A program made the translations under genes and the position numbers. Below the pieces are notes generated by a model. The model searched no databases and was not told the DNA's origin. It saw only the letters and a program-made list of their open reading frames with translations. Positions 1 to 13,018 of a stretch of DNA of 64,000 nt are shown here, one piece after another. The stretch covers positions 335,234,001-335,298,000 of the forward strand of contig OZ024741.1 of the NCBI GenBank assembly GCA_964016885.1, written 5' to 3'. Origin of the DNA: Eledone cirrhosa. Its lineage: Eukaryota. How positions within the stretch are numbered: position 1 is the first letter of the stretch; every line of letters starts with the position of its first letter.

Positions 1-2715
1 CTAATGCGGTTTCACGTGATACAGGACGTTAAATGTTAAGGAGGCATCATCATAAATTATTTTCATGTTGTGAACCTTGCATCAGTAGTAAGCCTTCAAT
101 GTCTTGTATTAGTAATGCCAATTTGATTCTTGTTTGGAGCCAATACACCTCCCTTGTCTAAACAAAGCCCTTGTTAAAGGCATGAATATCTTAGAATCTC
201 ATTTCTTTGCCTTAATAAATTTAAGACTATAAGCTTATATCTAAGAATGTAATATGTATATATTCTTATTGATTCATTAATTTTGGCATTTTCCTTTTCC
301 TTCCCCCACTTTATATTGAGGGGACTGCTGTTTGTTCTTATATACAATTTATGAACCAAATTTTGTCGTCTCATGAGATGCTTGAACTAAGGAGACACTT
401 AATTGTGTTATTTCTGTTCTCTATTGATTTTGAGGCTTCTTCAGTGACTTAGTTGATTGATCTGCTGAATAACTTTTTGCTATTTATCCGTCGAGGTTTG
501 TTCTGCTGAAACAAATAAATTATTATTATTGACATTTTCTTTGTAAAATTGAGTTCCTTCCACCTCGCTGTATCATGATTAATTCGTATAGACAGTCAAA
601 TTACCTTAGCTAACGTTCCTCAACAGAATTCACAGCTACCACCACTACCACCACCACTACCCTCACCCATACCTCGACCCTGTTGTTTATAACAAACATT
701 AATTCTAAGTATGTCATTTTTCTTCATAGATCAGACAAATTAATTTTACTTCGGTGACGATGATCATAGAAATGATAAATTGGTGATTGGTCAGCTGCAA
801 TGGCTAAAATAGGCCCATAATCAACAAAATAATTGACTTTCAGGTCTTCAGGCTGTGGGGGAAACGAAAGTATAGTAGCACTTTATAAATAATGATTGCC
901 CAACTGAAACCAAAACGATTCATTTTCTGATTAAGTATATATAACTCCACTACACTATATAAATCTATAATTTCATTTATGTTGTTTTATCATTCTTAGC
1001 TTTATATTTACTAAACCGATATATCATATTTGTCCATCATACACTTCTACTCTTAATCTGTTGACTGATTTTCAGTTCTTATCTGAAATACCAAAACAGT
1101 GAAAGCTCAAATTAAGGATTTGTCATTCTTGATCAAAATCTTGGAATTATTAATATTTTATTATCCATCTTAATGAGGTTTTAAATATTAGAAGACCAAT
1201 CCTTATTGACAAATAAGAACAATTTTTAGACGTTCTGTTAAAGGCTTTGGAATTTTTCACACATTTGATATAGATGATATCTAGGAAGATTTAGCAGCCT
1301 GATGGATAACCATCTGTGTGAAATGAAGACAAACTCTTGGATCTATACCCAAAATGAGAATTGTCAGCTTGATTCAATAGTGAGCTGTACACATTACATC
1401 ATTAGCTCTACTTTTTTTTACCTTTGTCTCTTAAACCGGAATCTCAGAGATTCATTTATCTAGGATGCAGGCATGGCTGTGTGTTAAAGAAGTTTGCATT
1501 GCAACTGTGTGTTTATGTTTGTTCCTAGTTTGGGAAGTTTCCTCTGCCTTGGGTCATACAATGCCTTATGAGTGAAATCTGCTAGACAGAAACTTCAACC
1601 TCAGCATATAACTAAGGTGTTGAACTTTCACTCATAGTATACTTGAGCAAAACACTTCATTTCATGTTGCTTTTGTGCACTCAACTGAAAATGAGGACCA
1701 TCAGTAGTAGCTGGGGTTAACATTGCAATGAACTGGTGCAATATGTTTTCAATATTAATTTATCTATTCAAATAGATTTGAATTTCTTAAATGAACCATT
1801 AATATTTAATACATCAAAAGGAGAAACAGATAAATTATTTAATTCAATTTATTTATTTTTCTATGTTAGAATTATTTTTGTATGAAACTCTGGAGGTAGA
1901 AGCAACAAATATGATAGAAATCAAAGAATGGTTTTATCCTTTATAACATTGATTTGTTACTAACATTCAATGGTAAAAACTTTAAGTCCTTCAGAAAGCA
2001 TTACTTCTCAGGTCTTGTGTTTAGTAAAATTTTCATAGTGAGAAAATGTGATCATAACCATGTCGGCATATGGTGGTGAATTGGCAGAGTCATTAGAATG
2101 TCGGATAGAATGCTTTGCAGTAATTGTTTCAGCTCTCTACTCTCTGAGTTCAAATTCGGCTGAGGTCAACTTTGCTTTTCAGAAATTTGAGGTCAATAAA
2201 AAAAATACCAGTCAATTCTTCTTCTATATCACTTTCTCACTTCCATTCTCTCACTCTCTTTCCTTCTCTCGAAGAAATCTGACATATTTAGACCTGAAGA
2301 AAAGATGGCTCTGCCAGGTTGAAAAATGCCTTAGAAATGCTATATGTCAATACGGTACCCCTATGACTCCCCCAGGAGTTACAGTTCAATCCATTCATCT
2401 ATATCTGCATAGCTGTGTAGTTAACAAATTTTCAAATTGTTTTGCAAAACATGTGGTTCTGTGTTCAATTTACTGCATGCCACACTGGACAAGAGCGTTT
2501 TACTATAGCTGTGTGTATTTTAAGATGGTAGCATGTAATTTCTGAGAGATTTAGCTGCTATTTCTAGCAAAATGAGAGCCCTATACAGGCTCAATAATAA
2601 TTAGTCATGCAGAAATCTGAGGTGCATTGCACTAACACTTGAGTAGTTTTATGATTTAATGTAAACACCTTGTACAACAACAGCAGCTAAAACACTTTAG
2701 ATTGACATGTAAATT

Positions 2716-3225
2716 CTTCTTCTTCTTCTTCTTCTTCTTCTTCCAACTGGATCCCTAAGTGAGACCAGCTGAGCTTATGGAGATAGTATCTAACTATCTT
2801 GCTCAGGGTCTACCCGTGTATCCCCTGCCAGTTGGTTCTGCCCATAAAATCTATCCAGCAATTCTTTCCTGAGACATTCCAACCACATGTCCACAGTATT
2901 GGAGCTGTGATCTCTCAATTCAGAGAAGTAGCAGCTCTACCTGCAGCAACTCTCTGATCTCTGAGCTACACACTTTCTCATGTAACATTACTCCAAAGAC
3001 CCTTCAGAGGAATCCCATTCTAACCACATGTTCATAATATGAGAACTGTGATCTCTCTATTTGGAGAAGAAGTGGCTCTACTTGGAGCAACACTCTGATC
3101 TCTGAGCTATGCTCTCTATTGAGTAACGTTACTCCAAAGACCCTTCAGAGAAACCCCATTTTGGCCACCTGTCTCCATCTCTACCTAAAGCGACTCTCTG
3201 ATCTCTGAACTATATACTCTATGCT
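2716..3225 (-). mobile_element. 5'-truncated degenerate RTE-clade (Rex3/Expander-like) LINE 3' end with (GAA)n tail
   Basis: Minus strand translates as GFL*RVFGVMLHEKVCSSEIRELLQVELLLL*IERSQLQYCGHV...GRP, resembling the C-terminus of Rex3/Expander ORFs. It ends in (GAA)n and has an internal ~140 bp duplication (~2880-3170). Confidence 0.65.
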
Positions 3226-4830
3226 GGGGTGTAAAACGTTTGGGTCATTAATTTCTAGAAGGTTATCAACAGTCATATACCATTGCAAGTTTGCAGCCAA
3301 TTCTGCTTATTGTCTTTATATGTAGAAATGCCTGGAATTTGATAATACAAGGCAAGTAAATAGTGATAAATTTTCTGTAAATCTTCCAGTATTCACTATT
3401 GGTTTTCGGTAGAAATTACATTGATAAACCAATTATTTTTGGTTATTCACTTTGAACCTTTCAAGCCTCACTCTTTCTCATTTCAGTCTGACACACTATA
3501 TTCATCAAACTATTTCTTTTATTAAGCAAGGATATTCTCTGCTAATGAAGACACTAAACCTATTTTCTACAAAATCACTTCATTTTGGAGACCCCTGCCT
3601 CAGCATGCTTCCTACTAGAGTGAGTTAAGATAAAATTTGTGTAGCAAGATAGTTTGGCTCTCCTGATGATTTTTGTTATTTCAGCTTCTATAAAAAGAAA
3701 AAGAAAGAAAAGAAAAATTCCAATTAAGAGAAATTGTATCTCTCAGAAACAGAAAACTCTCCAGGCATTTTATTGTGGAAAATCACCGAATGTTGTTGTT
3801 ACTGATCTTACTAACTATGATGGAAACAAATAATGTATATCTTCAATATTTTTCTTGGGTGGTCAGTGTGAATATAGGATTTGATTAACATCTGCTCTGT
3901 CAACTCTTATAAATAATATTACTTCTATTCTCTAGAAAACAGCAGAGTTTTATTTCTTTTTAGCATATATATATATATATATATATACCTTTGTTTTATA
4001 CTTATTGTAGGAAATATTTGAAGAATATTCTTTATTATATATACAGTTTTATCTTTACTTTAAATTACAGGAAAATTCAGAGCAATTTCTTTAGTTCATA
4101 TTAAAATTGTAATGCATAGATTTGTAGTGATTGGAAGAAAACATAATATTCTTTTCATGCTAGACTTCAAATGTGTCATAGAAATGTAGTTTTCTCTTTC
4201 GTTTTTCTTGCTTATTCTTTTTGCTTTTGCCTTTTACCATTTGTTGCACTGCTTGCATTAACCAATACCTGACCAATATAGCTGCAATGTTGAGACAACA
4301 TTGACTACTGTTGTGAGGACAATACCTGCAGGCAATATATTTGTAAACATTCTTGTAGTTTTTGCTTATTAAATGTTTCTATATTAGAACCATTTTCTTC
4401 GATTTATTTAGCCTGGCTGTGTGTGTGCATGTGTGTGAGAAGGTTGGTATGTATGCATGTATGTATGCATGCATGTATGTATGTATAAGGAGTTATCATT
4501 CAAGTTACCTTCAGGAGATAGTTTTTCAGTTTACATCAAGTAAAATTATAGAAAGTAAATCTTCCCAGCCTCCAGGCATTGCAAAAAGACCGTTCTCATC
4601 GATTTTTTAACAACTTTGTCATCAGGGAAATATTCTGCTAAACATTAATATTAGATCGGCCGTCTTCTGTTTTTAACACACTTTTTCGTTGTTTTTCAAA
4701 GCTCTTTTATTTTTTCAATCTAATCTAAATAGAACATGTAGTTAATAACTCCAGAAATTTATAATGTTACATTTCAATTCTTCTGGAATCACAAGTTCTC
4801 CACAGTTCAGACATTGCTGGTTGCCAATCT

Positions 4831-5520
4831 AAATAATGATATCTAATTTAAGCATATGGCAGCAATTTTGGGGGAGGAGAAAGTCGTTTAAATCAACTCC
4901 AGTGTATTACTTGTACTTTATTTTATCGACCCTGTAAGGATGAAAGACAGAGCTAACCTTGGCAGGATTTAAACTTGGAATGTAAAGGGACATAACTATA
5001 TGTAGCAAAGTATGTTGTCCAACACTCTACCGATACTGCCAATCTACTGCCCTAAAATAATGATTTTTTATTTAGGTACAAGGCCAGCGATTTTAGGGGA
5101 AGGGCAAGTCGTTTAAATTGACACCAGTTCATTACTAGTATTTTATTTTATTGACCTCAGAAGGTTGAAAGGCAAAGCTGACCTTGGCAGGATTTGAACA
5201 CAAAATGTAAAGGGATGTTACTCTATGCTGCAAAGCATGCTGTCCAATACTCTAATGATACCACCAATCCACCACCCTCTAAATAATGTGTCAATCTAAA
5301 TAAGGATTTCTAATTTAGGCACAAGGCCAGCAATTTAGTGGAAGGGATAAGTCAGCTACATTGACCCCCCAGTACGTGAATGGTACTTTATTTTACTCAT
5401 CTCAGAAGGTTGAAAGGCAAGCTAATTTTGGCAGGATTTGAATTCAAATTGTAAAGTGTCTGAACAAATACTGGTATGCATTTGTCTGACCTTCTAACGA
5501 CTAACCTAATCTAAATAATA
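4831..5520 (-). mobile_element. Head-to-tail array of ~3 tRNA-derived Nin/Deu-domain-like SINEs
   Basis: Repeated units. On minus: GGTGGATTGGCAGTATCGG (A-box-like), GTTCAAATCC (B-box-like), TTTGCCTTTCATCCTT..GGGTCGATAAAATAAAGTACCAG core, then GGCCTTGTGCCTAAATTAGAAA tail. Confidence 0.8.
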
Positions 5521-7377
5521 TGTACAAAATCTTCTATCTTTTAATTATATAAAGTTTTCTACAACTCTGAAAAATGTCACCATGATATTATACTAAGGCT
5601 AGGTGGGCGGAAGCTCTACATAGTCTTTCAATTTGCTAGAAATAGCAGTCAAATCTGCAAATCAAAATCAACCATCTCAAAAAAAAGAAGAAACAGACAT
5701 ATTTATTCAGAAATCATTCGATCGATCGAATCGATCAAAAAGATTCCAGGCCTCATCAAACTGGACCAAAGAAACAATGTTTCCATTGGTCTTTCCATTT
5801 TTGATACTATCTACTGGTTGCAACTCCTGGCAGAAATAGCTTATACTGTATATATTATATTCAGTGATGACTATGGGTTTCAGGATCTACGGGATGAAGT
5901 TTGGAATGAGAGAGGGTGGATAGATCCTATAATTCCCACCACACCTCCTAACTAAAATTTAGAGGTATATTTGCACCATTTCCATCATTGCTTTTATTTT
6001 AAGCAAAAATGTGAGTAGTGGTATACCATGAAATAAATTCTAGGGTAAGAAAAAAAATTGTAGCTACTTTATATGTTATTGTTTAGCGTGCCCCCCACCA
6101 TTTATGTTTGAGAAATGCTCAAAAATCCAATCCTCATTGATAAGCCGAAGCAGATAATCAACACATTATTTAGATGTCATATATAAGCCAACACCTCTCC
6201 CCCCCCCCATTTTACCATCGATTTTTTTTTTTTGTCACATGTTCCTTGACTTTAATTCGAGTATATATGGTAAGTAAAGGAATTTTTCCATGATCCTTCT
6301 ATTATCCCCACCCACCACACATGTACAAAATTCTTTCAATGTGTTCTTAGCTTTATTTAAAGACAGTGGAGTGTGATTTGAAGGAGATTTGTCTGCCTTT
6401 TCTAGCAGGTCAAGTGTCCATGTAGAAGCTCCTTCATTTAGCAAATGTTATAGGTCCAGTATAATCTGTTTCATGGTAGAGTAGTCAGTGACTAAACTGG
6501 CTCCCCCATCAGACTGTGCTATGGGTTAAATAGCCTCACCAACCTGCAATTGGCCAAACATGGTGAGTATGGTTATGTCTCTGAAGACATGATCAAAACC
6601 AAACTGAAAGTAGTGGAGGTCAACCAGGGAAGGGTTCCTCCAACAGGAGTGAGAAGACCCTGGATTTGGACTTGGGTAGGTGAATACAAAGTGAAATTGG
6701 TTGGTTTATATATGAAACTGTACTGGAACTTAATTCTCTTCCTGGCCATCCTTTATCTCAAACCGAACCTTGAAAGGGTTAAAATGCACACACCCCACCA
6801 CACACACACACACAAAAACAACAATATTATGATAATACAAATACAGGACATATTTTCAGTCAACCGATTTCTTGGATTGTTGATATAAAGATTGATGTAC
6901 CCATGCACAGAGATGTGATAAAATAGCTTACAAAACAGAGTGAAGACTCTTAAAATATGGAAAAAAGAGCTGCCATCGAATGCCATGAAAAATTGAATCC
7001 TACATCTCTTGGTTTGTGCTTGTAAATTATTATATATTTACTTTAACATACTTACTCAACTCCTTTCCTCCAAAAAACATACTTTCCAGCCGAAATTTCA
7101 GTATAATCAGTGATATATATAATTCTGAGTCTCTGGAAACCTTGATTTATTGTGTATTGTGTACATTATTAAGACATTTTATCTCTAGAAGATATAATTT
7201 TCAAAAGACAAGACAAACTAATTGCTTTCTTTGACTTCATTATGGCTGCTAGAGCAAGTTCAAAACGATTTTGTTGTGTTATAAAATAGAGTGTATTATT
7301 CATGATCAAATTAATTATATATATATGTGTGTGCGTGTGTGTGTGTGTCTGTATGTGTGTGTGTGTGTGTGTGTGTC

Positions 7378-7433
<56 letters not shown>

Positions 7434-7828
7434 TGTATATATATATATATCAGAAGAAGATGTCTAGGGTAGTTTATGCTTCACAGAATTTCCTATTTAT
7501 CTATAATTTTTTTTTTCTTTTTACATCAAGAATTTTGGCTATTGAAAAACTTTGGCTCAACCAACCAACATGAGTTTTATCGATTAACTGTCACTGGCCT
7601 TAATTATGGAAGGAAATCAAAGACATAATCGAGAATGTAAATAATTTCATTGTTGAGTACCTCTGTTATGCTATGGGTGATATTTACTCTACAATGCTTC
7701 CCAGCCATTTAGATGAGTTCATATACCATCAGTTATTTGGTTGATCTTCTCAGGGATGCATGTGGCAATAATTTAACCCATATCTTCTAATCATATGAAA
7801 CTCCATTTGCATTACATATGTATGTAAG

Positions 7829-8030
7829 CATGGTGGATTGGCAGTATCAGTAGAGTGTTGATCATGCTTTGCAGCATATAGTTACATCTCTTTGTATTCA
7901 AATTTCAAATCCTGCCAAGGTTAGCTTTGCTTTTCATCCGTATGGGGTCGATAAAATAAAGTACCAGTAATGCTCTGGGGTCAATTCAATGAACTTTGCC
8001 TTGGCCTTGTGCCCAAAGTAGAAACAATTA
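7829..8030 (+). mobile_element. Nin/Deu-domain-like SINE
   Basis: Same head, core and tail as 45473-45660. Confidence 0.8.
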
Positions 8031-8738
8031 TGTATGTATGGGCCAGTAATGCCTGATTGAATCATAGGGGTACTATATTTACATATGGTGTGTCTTGGGT
8101 GTTTTAAACTTGGGGGAGTCCATATCCTGAAAATAGTCTGATAATAGCTAATTTCTTCCATAAAAGGAAAGAGAGTGATAGAGATGAAGTTAAGTGATAT
8201 AAAGAAAGAATTGAGCCCAGTAGTAGACTGGTACTATTTTTATATCAACTTTGACAGTGTCTGTTTGAAGGGAGATGCTCTAACAGCAATAATTTTGAAT
8301 AAACAATGGAAATTTTGCAAAGAGAATTTCTGGTCACTAGCTGACCATCACTAAACTGATGTGTGTAATTTACAGCAAATCAAAATATTTCGTTTTATTA
8401 TAGAACAGCAAACCCATGAAATAAATAATTACTAAATACAGCTAGTGGTCCCAGGCAAATGAAAAATAAATGTCAGGGACTTTAGTTTGAAGGTTTAGCA
8501 GCCAGCATTTGCAATAAAAACTGGACATGAATACCGAAGGTTGAATACTTGAGCTCAATAAAAATGATTTAATTCTCAGCACTTGTTTCACGTCACTACA
8601 GTATACTGTACTGTAAGGTTGCACATAAAAATAAGAATTCCATAAAATACTTCTATTCTGCAGTATTTATTGTCCAATGTAAACATTGTAGACTATTAGA
8701 TTACCTCTAAGATTTATCTCCAAATTAAAAGGAAACTA

Positions 8739-8940
8739 TGAGAGTCAGCTGAAAAGTTCATAGACTGACCAAGATACTCTCATGGAATAACAAAATGAGG
8801 TTTATTTTTCAACATAGTCCCTGAAAAGAAACAATGCAGCTACTAATAAAAAGAGTTGAAATTTATGCATGCAAGATTTCACAGTACTAACACCACTCCT
8901 TCATGATCAGTCAGCCTATGAACTTTTCAGCATACCCTCG
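8739..8940. mobile_element. Mariner-type MITE, copy 1
   Basis: TA-flanked. Imperfect TIRs TGAGAGTCAGCTGAAAAGTTCATAGACTGAC / GTCAGCCTATGAACTTTTCAGCATACCCTCG. Second copy at 9669-9859. Confidence 0.75.
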
Positions 8941-8991
<51 letters not shown>

Positions 8992-9055
8992 TCATCATCA
9001 TCGTTTAACATCCATTTTTCCATGCTGGCATTGGTTACACAAATACATATATATA

Positions 9056-9456
9056 TCTTCAATATATATAAAAGCGAGGATGTGTGTGTGTCTGTGGACA
9101 ACTTTGGACAGCTAAGGCTTTTACTATTCCCAACCGAATTTGACCAAATTTTCTGTGCACGTTGAACCTGTTGCTAAGATGGTCACATCACAAATTTTTT
9201 TCAAATCGACCCACGTTGAGCAATAAAAAATCGATAGCAAAATTATTTTTTCTAAAGTGTCCAGTTCAGTGTTTTCCTTCATTATCAGCATAGTTTTATG
9301 TGTACAAAGATTGCACTAAATATTCGTTTGCATTAATTATTGAAGACTTCTGCTTATTTTGACAGGTTGGGGACAAATAATTTTCTTCTTTTACTTCCTA
9401 GCTGTATATTCTTAGCATAATTTCAAACCCCGGGCAACGCCGGGTAAATCTGCTAG
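9056..9456 (+). mobile_element. Non-autonomous Helitron
   Basis: Starts with TC after host A (9055) and ends with CTAG before host T (9457). Subterminal hairpin CCCGG-GCAACG-CCGGG at 9429-9444; no TSD. These are canonical Helitron termini. Confidence 0.8.
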
Positions 9457-9488
9457 TATATATATATATTATAGTTAAAACAAAAAAC

Positions 9489-9635
9489 AAAATAACAAAA
9501 ACAAAGCGAAGAGGCAGTACAAAGTGTTAATATTAGGTTCACGCTTGAGAGTGCGGGGGTATATATATATACCCCCGCACTCTCAAGCGTGAACCTAATA
9601 TTAACACTTTGTACTGCCTCTTCGCTTTGTTTTGT

Positions 9636-9641
<6 letters not shown>
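9489..9641. repeat. Near-perfect ~150 bp palindrome centred on (TA)6
   Basis: ...AGGTTCACGCTTGAGAGTGCGGGGG-TATATATATATA-CCCCCGCACTCTCAAGCGTGAACCT...; the arms differ only by one A in a homopolymer. Confidence 0.95.
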
Positions 9642-9668
<27 letters not shown>

Positions 9669-9672
<4 letters not shown>

Positions 9673-9859
9673 GGTTGGCTGAAAGCTTCATAGGTTGACC
9701 AAAATACTCTCAAGTAAGATTTATTTTTCTACATAGTCCCTGAAAAGAAACAAAGAAACAATGCTATTATTAATAAGAAGAGTTGAAATTCATGCAAGAC
9801 TTCACAGCTCTAGCATCACGCTTTTATAATTAGCCTATGAACTTTTCAGCTGACCCTCA
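9669..9859. mobile_element. Mariner-type MITE, copy 2
   Basis: TA-flanked. TGAGGGTTGGCTGAAAGCTTCATAGG / CCTATGAACTTTTCAGCTGACCCTCA; interior homologous to 8739-8940. Confidence 0.75.
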
Positions 9860-9993
9860 TAAATAAGCTTCTAGTTCTCCCTTAACTCTCTTGATACCAA
9901 AATATCCTAAACAGCCCCTGGTTCTAGGATAATAAAATTGTCTGTTTTAACATGTTCATACTTATATTAAAAAAGCATCATAATCTTATTTAA

Positions 9994-10203
9994 CCCTTTA
10001 GCATTTAAACCAGCCATATCCAGCCAGAATTCTCTTACCTCTTTCAGTTCAAACTGGCCCCTCATACTGATGTTAAGGTATTGTTCTCAAAATAAATAAT
10101 ATCAAAATCTCATAGATTTGATATTATGTAAAATAATTGTGAGGTAAAGTGGTTCACCATGAAAATACAATAGTATATATAGAGTAATGTAAATGCTAAA
10201 GGG
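9994..10203. mobile_element. piggyBac-type MITE nested in an older TTAA-bounded element (~9881-10345)
   Basis: TTAA-CCCTTTAGCATTTA ... TAAATGCTAAAGGG-TTAA: 14 bp TIR and TTAA TSD. Host-like sequence recurs at ~34551-34840, ~36030-36830, ~49880-50465 and ~61960-62120. Confidence 0.75.
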
Positions 10204-10899
10204 TTAAGAAACCTGTGTTACGTTCCAAACACCAAGTTAATAATGGAAAAGTTGCTAAATCATTTCAAATTCTTGATTATTTTCAAAATTAATTGAAACA
10301 CATAGGCAGTCGCTTTTATGAGAAACATGGTAATGAAAGTGTTAAATGTGAGGGAATTTATGTTATAAATTTAACAATTCTTTGGTATTACCCTACATTT
10401 CAAATTGAAATAAACATTTTATGTATCAGAGTTAATGTTAGAATTAGGATTAGGGTTTTGCATTAGGGGTTAAGGTTAGGGTTAGAGTATGAGTTGGATA
10501 ATGTTAGTTCCAATTTGAAATGCTGAAAAATAGCAATGAAGCCCCATAAATTCTAATCATTTTGTTTAATCATTTTGTTGTATAAAAATATTTCTATCTT
10601 TGAAAATTTGTGTATGTGGGTGTTTCAAACTCAAAAAATAACTGTATTAACAGTTAGTGATTCAAAATAATAGTTGATAAAACTGGGTAAATTACCTTTA
10701 TAGACAAAAAAAAGTGGACATTGGTGCCTTTTTTAACAGTTCTGTTGGCAAAATCGAAAAATTACCAAAAATAATTTCCAAAGATTTCTTAACTACTCAA
10801 CCACACTACATCAAAACCAAAATTCCATAAGATTTTAAAATCATCTGAGTTTTAGTTCTTTTAAAATAATAAAATATTTTCTTAGGTTAGAACTTAATA

Positions 10900-11135
10900 A
10901 GTGGCTTAGTGAATTCTCAATCATGAAGTTGTGAATTTGATTCCTGGACCAGGCGATGTGTTATGACCTTGAGCAAGACGCTTTATTTTATGTTGTTCTT
11001 TCTGCCAGGAATCACTACAAGTAGATAGCATCAGCAACGGAAAGACCAATGGAAACAATGTTTCTTTGGACTAATTTGATGAGTTCTGCCCCACTTTGGT
11101 AAGCGAATGAGTTCTGGGATCTTGCCGATCATATC
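10900..11135 (+). mobile_element. tRNA/CORE-like-head SINE with alternative 3' body
   Basis: Head GTGGCTTAGTG...CCTTGAGCAAGACGCTTTATTT followed by GTAGATAGCATC...CAATGGAAACAATGTTTCTTTGG. This body also occurs inverted at ~5725-5840 and ~41690-41910. Confidence 0.55.
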
Positions 11136-12555
11136 TAAAAAAAAAATGAACTTTATATGAAGGAAATTAAGTTTTTGTCTACCCAATTTCAACTCATAGG
11201 GCATGGATTGACCCAAATGACACTTGCCCTACATACCAGGCAGTGGGATTGAACTTGGGTCCTAATGATTATGAAGCAAACGCCTTTTCCATTCGATCGT
11301 TCCTGAATATTCTAAATAAACAAAACAGAAGCAATAATGTTCATCTTATCTTATCCATTGCCTTTGTGCAATGGATAAGATAAGATGCACAACTTCACAC
11401 CAACAGTTTCTGTTTCTGATCAAGGTTTGTAGGTTTTCCTTGTCAATCCCAGTGTCCCTTAGGTGAGACAATAAGCACAACTTCATTCCAACAGTCTCTA
11501 TTTCCTATCAAAGGTTGTGGGTCATCCTTGTCAATTCCAGTGTCTCTTGTTAAAGAATCCTGGTATCTGAGCTTTCTAGTAGTGGAGATCTCAAATATCC
11601 CACAAGAGGTCTGAAACAATCTCATATTTTGTATGGAAGCAGTGACCAGAAAACCTTGTATGACTTTCAATCAGTTATGCACTTACTTATTTGGGGATTT
11701 TTATCATAAGTTTTGCCAAAGCAAGAATGAAAAACCAACAAAAGACAAAATAACAAACAATCACAAGAGGGAAAGAAGACTATGTGATCATAATTGTGTG
11801 TAAACATTCATATATGTTCCATAACTTGTATATTTTTTCTGTATTTCATGGTTCGAAAACAAATGAATTGTGTAAATGGTTGATATGAAAGACGAATAAG
11901 ATGTATTTCCTAGCTAAACTAAATATTGAGTTGCTAATTTCCATATGTTGGTTTCGACTCCATTACATTATTACATTATTTTTTTAACCTCTTTACATCA
12001 ATATGGTAAATAGTTGTTAACACATTACTACTGTTATTTGGTGTTGATGTCTTTATATTGTTGTTGTTGGAGGTGGGGTGGTTGTTGTTGTTGGTGGTGG
12101 TGGTTGTGGTGTGAGGTTTTGGTCTTGTTGGAAGTGGTGTGATTATTTTCGTTGTTATTGTTGGTGGTGGTGGTTTGGGGGCCTTGTTGCTGTTGGTGGT
12201 GGTGGTGTGGTTTTTTTTTCTTGTTGTTAATGTTGTTGGTGTAGGTTTGTTGTTGTTGGCTGCAGTGATTTTGTGTTATTGTTGTTGTTGTTGGTGGTGG
12301 TGGTGGTGATGGTGTGGGTTTTAGTGCTGTTGGTGGTGTGGGTTTTTTTGTTGTTTTGTTTTTCTGTTATTTGTTATTGTTTCCATTATTCCCTTTGAAT
12401 TATAATTTTTGCCAACTGTGTAGACATACCTTAAACTGCAATCAATATACAGGTTTTTAATTACTTTATTGTTTTCAAACACCTGCTCCTCCTTTCTCGA
12501 TCACCAGTGACCTTCTCAGTTTTCCTGTTCCATTGTTATTCGAAACTTTCTGGTT

Positions 12556-12592
12556 ATATATACACACACGCACACACATATATATATATATA

Positions 12593-12644
<52 letters not shown>

Positions 12645-12688
12645 TATATACATATATATATGTATATATATATGTATATATGTAGGTG

Positions 12689-12746
<58 letters not shown>

Positions 12747-12790
12747 TATATACATATATATATGTATATATATATGTATATATGTATGTG

Positions 12791-12833
<43 letters not shown>

Positions 12834-12938
12834 ATATGTATATATATATGCATATATGCATATGTATATATACGTATATGTATGTATATATATATATGTA
12901 TATACGTGTATATATGTATATATATATATTTATATATA

Positions 12939-13014
<76 letters not shown>

Positions 13015-13018
13015 TATA
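12556..13018. repeat. Long (TA)n/(TATG)n microsatellite
   Basis: Direct reading; it is the source of the YI-repeat pseudo-ORFs. Confidence 0.95.

Noticed and set aside
174-510. Minus-strand acceptor-like site and short ORF near the window start
   Set aside because: All three frames after the acceptor hit stops within ~20 codons; no homology recognised.
2048-2545. 165-aa ORF
   Set aside because: It runs through a SINE and other repeats, with no recognisable domain.
6578-6602. CTGAAGA..AAAAC hammerhead-like string
   Set aside because: No convincing stems and no GAAAC/GUH.
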